Part shown: positions 6,663 to 12,055 of the stretch, in pieces
Layout of the letters: the number at the start of each line of letters is the position of its first letter
How positions within the stretch are numbered: position 1 is the stretch's first letter
Source of the DNA: Clostridia bacterium
Lineage (GTDB): Bacteria > Bacillota > Clostridia > DSM-8532 > SZUA-474
Length of the DNA stretch: 12,055 nt
Direction of reading: 5' to 3'
Assembly (NCBI GenBank): GCA_003251775.1
Contig: QKEK01000210.1
Location: 1-12,055 of the forward strand
Made by a program: the position numbers and the translations under genes
Notes under the pieces: generated by a model
What the model was told of the DNA's origin: nothing
Database searches by the model: none
The model's input: only the letters and a program-made list of their open reading frames with translations

Positions 6663-9600
6663 ATGAGGTTGATAGGTTTGGATGCAAAGAATTTAATGAA
6701 TGATATAAATGATATAAACGATAATAGTCCTTTAAATAACAACGATATAAATGATAATAGTCATATAAATAATGGCAGTCATATAAATAATGATATGAAG
6801 AGTAATAGTGAAGAAAACGGTGCTTACGAGGTAATCAAAAATCGTCTTAATAAGAATAGTGCTGACTTAAAGGAACGGCTTGAAAAGCTTAATACTACAA
6901 GAAAAGACCTCTTTGGTTCGATTGATACCAAATTACTTGGCAGTGAGCGTATTATTACGGAGAACAATTGTATACCAAGAGATATGGCACCTGTAAAGAA
7001 TAGCTTTATCTTTGGCTATAATGTTCACATTGGTCTTAAAACTAAGGTTGAGCTAAGTGATGTATTTTCGATTTATGAATATAAAGAGCGTACCTTTGAA
7101 AAACAGCCACTATCGTTAATAAATGATAAGCAATTTATTAATGATTTTGACGAGCTATATAAGTACTATAAAAATACATTCTTTGCAAAGTTTACCATAG
7201 TTGAGCCATATTTATATATGATATTTCAGACAAGTAAAAATGCAACTGATATAAAGGCGTTTAAGTGGCTTGTCGAAGATAATAAGCTTACGTATATAGA
7301 CTGTAGAAGCGAGCATGAGGTAAGGTTTAAAAATTTCAGTGAGTTTAATTGGGTTAAGGTGACGAGGGAAGACCATAGAACGGGAAGTCACCCTCATATA
7401 TCTGTATTAGACAGGATTTTTGTAGAAACGATTGGTGGAGACCTCACAATTAAAGTAGAGGACAATACGGATTCTGGTAAGGGTATATATTCGGAGGAGG
7501 TTGAGGATAAGGATCAAAATCTGGATGATGCAGAAATATATTATTCAGATTTAGGTCAGATAATTATACTGAAAATCCGTCCATATAAAGAAAATGATTA
7601 TCGCTACTTTGTATTTAATGATAAGCTAAAAAGTGTTGTCAGAATTGATTCAATAAAGGATACCTGTATGCTTCTGCCAGGCGGGCATGGTCTCATTTTC
7701 CCAAAAGGCTATTACCTACAGAGCGGAGAATATAAGGTTTTCGATGTTCCCTCTGATCAGTCTGTATTTGAGCAAATGACTAATTCTTCTAATGGAGAGG
7801 ATTATCAGTATATTTTCTATAACACTGAAAGCGGAATATATTTAGTCTATTCGTATAATGTTATAGAGCAGATTATAGACACCCCAATTGTCTGTAGTGG
7901 GTATTCTCATTTTGAGAGTGGTGAGATGCTTGTTTTTAAGCACGAGGATGACCCCAGAAAGAATCATATGATACAGATTTGGCAGACCCCATATGTGGGA
8001 AAGAACTATGTAATTGAAAATAGTAGCGATTCAATCCTATTTAAAATAGGAAACAAGGATATTGTAAGATGCATGGCTGATTGCAAAATCGTCTACAACT
8101 TGATACAGAAGGGTGAAGGCTATCAAAGCATATATCTTGATATAGTAAAACAGACAGAGCAGATTATGGATTCTTACTTTTGGCTAGATAAAGAAGAGGC
8201 ATATAGGCTTAAGGAGGTACTTCTATTAATTAAGGAAGCGTCTGCCTCTGCTATTGGTGAGTATGAAAAGGTAAACAGAATAAAGAATGCTACAAAAAAG
8301 CAGCTTGAAGAGGTGGAGAAAGAGGCAGATGAGCTTTTAAAGTCTATTGAATTCGGGAGCTTTGAAACTGTAAATGAATATGTGAAGGTATTGGCTGATA
8401 TCCGTAATTTAAGGGGACGAATTGTTTCGTTAAGGGATTTAAGGTATACAAATCTTTTAACTGTTGAAGCATTAGAAAATAGCATAAAGACAAAAAATGA
8501 TGATTTTACTAAAAAGTGCATTGATTTTATGATTAAACCAGAAGGGTTAAAAATCTACTCAGAACGAGTAGAGGAGCTACAGAAGGGCATTGAAACAGTA
8601 AACAAGTCAAAAGAGGGCAGAGAGCTTTCTGGTCAAATGGATGGAACCTCTTTTGAATTAGAGCTACTGGTTGACATTGTGGGTAATTTTAAGATAGAAG
8701 ACCCCACCATGACGACAGAAATTATTGAAAAGATATCAGCTATATTCTCTCTTTTAAATAATGCAAAAGCAAAGCTTAAAACCAGAATGGAGTCTCTTGT
8801 TAAGGATGAAATGGTTGGTCAGTTTAATTCGCAAATGAAGCTTTTAAGTCAGGCGGTAGTGAATTATCTTGATATTTCTGATACTGTAGACAAGTGTGAT
8901 TTATATCTTAACAAGGTTATGGTACAAATTCAGGAGCTGGAAGGAAAATTTGCTGAATTTGATGAGTATGTAGTTAAGCTTTCAGAGAAAAGAGAAGAAT
9001 TATATAATGCGTTTGAGGGGAGAAAACAAGCTCTTTTAGAGAAGCTAAACAAAAAAGTGATAGCTCTTTTTAGTTCCTCTGAGCGTATTCTAAATGGTAT
9101 TCAGAATAGACTTAAGGGGTTCAATACCGTTGAAGAAATTAACGGATATCTTGCAACAGATATCATGACAGAAAAGGTAAGGGATACCATAGAACAGCTA
9201 AAAAACCTTGGCGATACTGTAAAGTCAGATGAAATCAGTTCAAAGCTTAAGACTTTAAGGGAGGATGCCATACGTCAGCTAAAGGATAAGCAGGAGCTTT
9301 ACGTAAATGGAGAAAATGTAATAAAGCTTGGAAAGCATCATTTCTCTGTTAATACTAAGGATATTGAGCTTTCTATAGTTCAAAAAGAGGATGGAATGTA
9401 TTTTCATATATCTGGTACAGATTTCTGGGAAAAAGCTAGACATGAAGATATTAAAAAGTATCAGCATGTATTTGAACAAAGCATCTTATCAGAGAGCAAA
9501 GAGGTATATAGAGCCGAATATCTTGCGTATAAGATATTTGAAGTAGCTTCTATGAATGGGCTTGATGAGCTTCAAAGGCTTTATTTTTCTTCAGATGATC

Positions 9601-11753
9601 AATTGCTGGAGCATATTCAGAGCTTTATGGAGCCTCGTTATCAGGAAGGTTATACCAAGGGAGTACATGATGTGGATTCCTTCATGATACTTAGAGAATT
9701 ACTAAATTTACATCAAAGCATTGATTTATTGATATATGATAGTGATGCAAGAGCTTTTGCAAGACTATTCTGGACACGCTTTGCTGATGAAGAAACAAAG
9801 AGTATCCTTAATATACGTCTTAAGGAGCTATCCAAGGTAAGCATATATTTTAATTCCAAGCCAAGGCTTAATAATTATATTCCATTTATTATAACAAAAA
9901 TGGAAGAGGTACGTGATAAATATAAAACTACTTCATTATTTGATAGCACAAATATTTCCCAAGCGGCAGAATATCTGTGTATGGAGCTTATGAAGGGCGA
10001 TGAGTTTGTTGTTAGCAAGGAGGCTCTCAGCATATATGAGGGCTTTGTTAATTATCTAAAGAGCAAGAACGCGTATAATGATTTTATAGCATCAGTAAAG
10101 AATTGTTCTAAGGACTTAGAAGGTCAGTTCTATCTTATAGGGGAGTGGTTAAGTGCGTATATTAACGATGAAAGTCTAAAAGAGCAAACCGAAGCAACAA
10201 ATGAAGCAAGAAACGAAGCAACAAATGAAGCAAGAAACGAAGCAAGAAACGAAGCAACAAGTGAAGCAAGAACTGAATCAATTAATGAAGTGATAGTAAT
10301 ACTACTTGAGGAAGGAAATAGTATTGGTAGAGCTATAAGCACTGGCACAAAAGTAAGTGTAACTGGCTTAGTAGGTACGCATGGGTTAATCAAATCAGGT
10401 GAGCTTAAGCTGTCATATAACGAATTTATGAGTAAGCTTAATCACTATGACAAGGTAGTGGTGAAAGATTTTATAAAGCTTCAGGAGATAAAAAAGGAGC
10501 TTATCCAAAAGCAAAAGGATACGCTACGGTTAGAAGATTTTAAACCAAAGGTGCTAACCTCTTTTGTTAGAAATAGATTGATTGATAAGGTTTATCTGCC
10601 ACTGATAGGGGATAATCTTGCAAAGCAAATTGGTGTAGTAGGAGATAATAAACGAACTGATTTGATGGGTATGCTATTGTTAATATCTCCGCCTGGGTAT
10701 GGGAAAACTACCCTTATGGAGTATATAGCAAGTCGTCTTGGGATAATTCTTGTAAAAATAAATGGTCCTGCACTTGGACATGAGGTAACCTCCCTAGACC
10801 ACCAAAGAGCAAATAATACAGGTGCTAGGGAAGAACTACGTAAGCTTAATCTTGCCTTAAAGATGGGGAATAATGTAATGCTTTATGTGGACGATATTCA
10901 GCATTGTAATCCTGAGTTTTTGCAGAAGTTTATTTCATTATGTGACGGACAGAGAAGAATTGAAGGGGTATATGATGGGGTGGGGCAAACCTACGATTTA
11001 AGAGGAAAAAAGGTAGCGGTTGTTATGGCTGGAAACCCATATACTGAGAGCGGAGAGAAGTTTAAAATACCTGATATGCTAGCGAATAGGGCAGATGTAT
11101 ATAACCTTGGTGATATGCTAAGAGAAAACGAAGAAGCATTTAAGCTCAGCTATATAGAAAACAGCCTTACCTCAAATCCTACACTTAGTAAGCTATCAAG
11201 CAAGAGCCAGAAGGATGTATATGCCCTTATAGAAATGGCTAAAGGGGTAGCAAGAGAAAGTGTTAGCTTTGAAGGTAATTATTCTATGGATGAGATAAGT
11301 GAATATGTTAGTGTTATCAATAAGCTGTTTAGGGTTAGGGATATAGTACTAAAGGTCAATATGGAATATATTTATTCAGCAGCACAGGCGGATGAATACA
11401 GAAATGAACCCCCGTTTAAGCTTCAAGGCTCTTACAGAAATATGAATAAGATAGCTGAAAGGATTTCTTCTATCATTAATGATGAGGAATTAAATGAGAT
11501 TATTGTTGGAAGCTACGAAAATGACTCTCAAACGCTAACTACAGGGGCAGAGGCAAATATGCTTAAGTGGAAGGAATTAGTAGGGTGCATGGGAGAAGAT
11601 GAGCAACGACGTTGGGAAGAGATTAAGAGGGTGTACATGAAGAATAAGCTAGTAAAGGGAGACGATAAATTGGGGCAGGCTGTAATGGTGCTAAGCAGTC
11701 TTACCGAGAACATGGAAAAGATAAAGGATATTCTTGCTGAAGGGAAAAATTAG
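6663..11753 (+). CDS. Giant 1,696-aa multidomain protein: N/D-rich low-complexity N-terminus, beta-rich N domain, ~700-aa coiled coil, EA(T/R)N repeat linker, C-terminal MoxR/AAA_5-type AAA+ ATPase domain plus ~215-aa helical C-terminal extension. Family unassigned.
   Basis: The ORF is uninterrupted for 5.1 kb; TAA at 6660-6662 immediately precedes ATG 6663. Walker A SPPGYGKTT is at 10692-10712 and Walker B LYVDDIQHCNPE at 10884-10919. The sensor-1-like VVMAGNP is at 11019-11039 and the Arg-finger-like ANRADV at 11082-11099. The spacing and motifs parallel MoxR/CbbQ (hhDEINRAxPE…ATQNP…LDRF). Start is ambiguous: ATG 6663 lacks an SD, whereas TTG 6678 has GAGG 9 nt upstream. Confidence 0.85.
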   Translation: MRLIGLDAKNLMNDINDINDNSPLNNNDINDNSHINNGSHINNDMKSNSEENGAYEVIKNRLNKNSADLKERLEKLNTTRKDLFGSIDTKLLGSERIITENNCIPRDMAPVKNSFIFGYNVHIGLKTKVELSDVFSIYEYKERTFEKQPLSLINDKQFINDFDELYKYYKNTFFAKFTIVEPYLYMIFQTSKNATDIKAFKWLVEDNKLTYIDCRSEHEVRFKNFSEFNWVKVTREDHRTGSHPHISVLDRIFVETIGGDLTIKVEDNTDSGKGIYSEEVEDKDQNLDDAEIYYSDLGQIIILKIRPYKENDYRYFVFNDKLKSVVRIDSIKDTCMLLPGGHGLIFPKGYYLQSGEYKVFDVPSDQSVFEQMTNSSNGEDYQYIFYNTESGIYLVYSYNVIEQIIDTPIVCSGYSHFESGEMLVFKHEDDPRKNHMIQIWQTPYVGKNYVIENSSDSILFKIGNKDIVRCMADCKIVYNLIQKGEGYQSIYLDIVKQTEQIMDSYFWLDKEEAYRLKEVLLLIKEASASAIGEYEKVNRIKNATKKQLEEVEKEADELLKSIEFGSFETVNEYVKVLADIRNLRGRIVSLRDLRYTNLLTVEALENSIKTKNDDFTKKCIDFMIKPEGLKIYSERVEELQKGIETVNKSKEGRELSGQMDGTSFELELLVDIVGNFKIEDPTMTTEIIEKISAIFSLLNNAKAKLKTRMESLVKDEMVGQFNSQMKLLSQAVVNYLDISDTVDKCDLYLNKVMVQIQELEGKFAEFDEYVVKLSEKREELYNAFEGRKQALLEKLNKKVIALFSSSERILNGIQNRLKGFNTVEEINGYLATDIMTEKVRDTIEQLKNLGDTVKSDEISSKLKTLREDAIRQLKDKQELYVNGENVIKLGKHHFSVNTKDIELSIVQKEDGMYFHISGTDFWEKARHEDIKKYQHVFEQSILSESKEVYRAEYLAYKIFEVASMNGLDELQRLYFSSDDQLLEHIQSFMEPRYQEGYTKGVHDVDSFMILRELLNLHQSIDLLIYDSDARAFARLFWTRFADEETKSILNIRLKELSKVSIYFNSKPRLNNYIPFIITKMEEVRDKYKTTSLFDSTNISQAAEYLCMELMKGDEFVVSKEALSIYEGFVNYLKSKNAYNDFIASVKNCSKDLEGQFYLIGEWLSAYINDESLKEQTEATNEARNEATNEARNEARNEATSEARTESINEVIVILLEEGNSIGRAISTGTKVSVTGLVGTHGLIKSGELKLSYNEFMSKLNHYDKVVVKDFIKLQEIKKELIQKQKDTLRLEDFKPKVLTSFVRNRLIDKVYLPLIGDNLAKQIGVVGDNKRTDLMGMLLLISPPGYGKTTLMEYIASRLGIILVKINGPALGHEVTSLDHQRANNTGAREELRKLNLALKMGNNVMLYVDDIQHCNPEFLQKFISLCDGQRRIEGVYDGVGQTYDLRGKKVAVVMAGNPYTESGEKFKIPDMLANRADVYNLGDMLRENEEAFKLSYIENSLTSNPTLSKLSSKSQKDVYALIEMAKGVARESVSFEGNYSMDEISEYVSVINKLFRVRDIVLKVNMEYIYSAAQADEYRNEPPFKLQGSYRNMNKIAERISSIINDEELNEIIVGSYENDSQTLTTGAEANMLKWKELVGCMGEDEQRRWEEIKRVYMKNKLVKGDDKLGQAVMVLSSLTENMEKIKDILAEGKN
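6698..6797 (+). repeat. Intragenic low-complexity DNA/peptide repeat (NDINDIND…NDINDNSHINNGSHINN) at the N-terminus of the giant ORF
   Basis: Repeated aatgatataaa and agtcatataaataatg units are seen directly. Confidence 0.4.
10191..10274 (+). repeat. Seven tandem 12-bp units (gaagcaaSaaaY) encoding an EA(T/R)N tetrapeptide repeat linker just upstream of the ATPase domain
   Basis: gaagcaacaaat / gaagcaagaaac units repeat head-to-tail from 10191, with a degenerate eighth unit at 10275-10286. Confidence 0.7.
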
Positions 11754-11773
11754 AATAGGGTTATATAATAACT

Positions 11774-11817
11774 GGGTAATGATAGGGTAATGATATGGTA
11801 ATAGTAGGGTAACAGGC
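11774..11817. repeat. Four imperfect 11-bp direct repeats (GGGTAATGATA x2, TGGTAATAGTA, GGGTAACAGGC) in the intergenic region
   Basis: Read directly; the first two units are identical and the last two diverged. Confidence 0.5.
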
Positions 11818-11850
11818 TATTAGTATGTTTAAACAAACAGGCTTCTAAGC

Positions 11851-11877
11851 TGTAAGGCTATCTTTGATAGCCTTACA
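11851..11877. terminator. Perfect 12-bp stem / 3-nt loop hairpin between convergent genes. Candidate bidirectional terminator, with no strong U-tract on either side.
   Basis: TGTAAGGCTATC ttt GATAGCCTTACA at 11851-11877. It lies between the stop of the giant ORF (11753) and the stop of the minus-strand gene (11951). Confidence 0.35.
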
Positions 11878-11950
11878 TAGAAATACTAAATGACCTGTTA
11901 CCTACCTGATGCCTCATAATATAAATTTTGATTAATTGCTTTACATAAAA

Positions 11951-12055
11951 CTATGCACTTTCATAATAGATATTCTCTTTGTTAACATTTAGAGCATTTA
12001 ATACCTTTAAAGAAGCATTAACCATAGGTGGAGGACCACACATGTAAATCTTATA
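11951..12055 (-). CDS. 3'-end (last 34 codons) of a minus-strand gene. The C-terminus resembles FNR-like FAD/NAD(P)-binding oxidoreductase subunits (PyrK/AsrB-type, CGPxxM motif). Gene continues beyond the window.
   Basis: The reverse complement translates without a stop from the window edge as YKIYMCGPPPMVNASLKVLNALNVNKENIYYESA, then TAG (plus-strand cta at 11951-11953). The motif (I/V)Y(M/V)CGPxxM is typical of the C-terminus of the ferredoxin-NADP reductase superfamily. Confidence 0.45.
   Translation of the reverse strand, partial: YKIYMCGPPPMVNASLKVLNALNVNKENIYYESA

Noticed and set aside
10130-10393. Minus-strand 87-aa ORF with VASFLASF repeats
   Set aside because: It is a pure antisense artefact of the in-frame EA(T/R)N 12-bp tandem repeat of the giant gene.
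7212-11713. Minus-strand ORFs 7212-7397, 8174-8521, 9279-9479 and 11528-11713
   Set aside because: All are embedded in the uninterrupted 5.1-kb + strand ORF. They are short, low-complexity and have no start context.
11774-11817. Possible CRISPR array from the 11-bp direct repeats
   Set aside because: The repeats are only 11 bp, they are directly abutting with no spacers, and there are only 4 degenerate units. This is incompatible with CRISPR.
1-12055. Mobile element or defence island call for the whole region
   Set aside because: There is no transposase, integrase, recombinase, terminal inverted repeat or tRNA target. There is no nuclease, methyltransferase, TIR, SIR2 or other recognisable defence domain. 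Composition looks uniform across the window, so any defence role for the flotillin + AAA+ genes would be pure speculation.

Overview
This is an AT-rich (~35% GC) window with strong AGGAGG-type ribosome-binding sites, which points to a Firmicutes/Clostridia-like chromosome. The window holds a plus-strand block of five to six genes, and a convergent minus-strand gene enters at the right edge.

Genes in order (left to right):
1. A 5'-truncated ORF that is open from the window edge. It encodes a membrane-anchored protein with a cytoplasmic C4 zinc ribbon, a single TM helix, and a ~670-aa extracytoplasmic domain carrying an HELFH…E gluzincin-like metallopeptidase motif.
2. A short 76-aa ORF in a different reading frame.
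3. A PKD-domain ORF in a third frame, with a Tyr/Asp-rich YD-repeat-like C-terminus. It begins at a TTG codon with no RBS or signal peptide. ORFs 1-3 are compatible with one secreted protease gene broken by two -1 frame changes.
4. A clear two-gene operon: a small NfeD-like membrane protein (YuaF/YqiJ type) followed by a long flotillin-like SPFH/band-7 protein (FloT/YqiK type, 700 aa). A TTGCAA-17-TATATA promoter sits upstream with an overlapping 8-5-8 palindrome, and a 14-bp hairpin follows the operon.
5. A 1,696-aa giant protein. It has a Asn/Asp-rich low-complexity N-terminus, a ~420-aa beta-rich N domain, a ~700-aa coiled-coil region, a tetrapeptide EA(T/R)N tandem repeat, and a C-terminal MoxR/AAA_5-type ATPase module. 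I cannot place this protein in a known family; it is the main candidate for something undescribed.

Downstream of the giant gene are four imperfect 11-bp direct repeats and a perfect 12-bp hairpin. On the minus strand, the last 34 codons of an FNR-like (CGPxxM) oxidoreductase run off the right edge.

No rRNA, tRNA, CRISPR, transposase or integrase is visible. All family assignments are from motif reading by eye; no searches were run.
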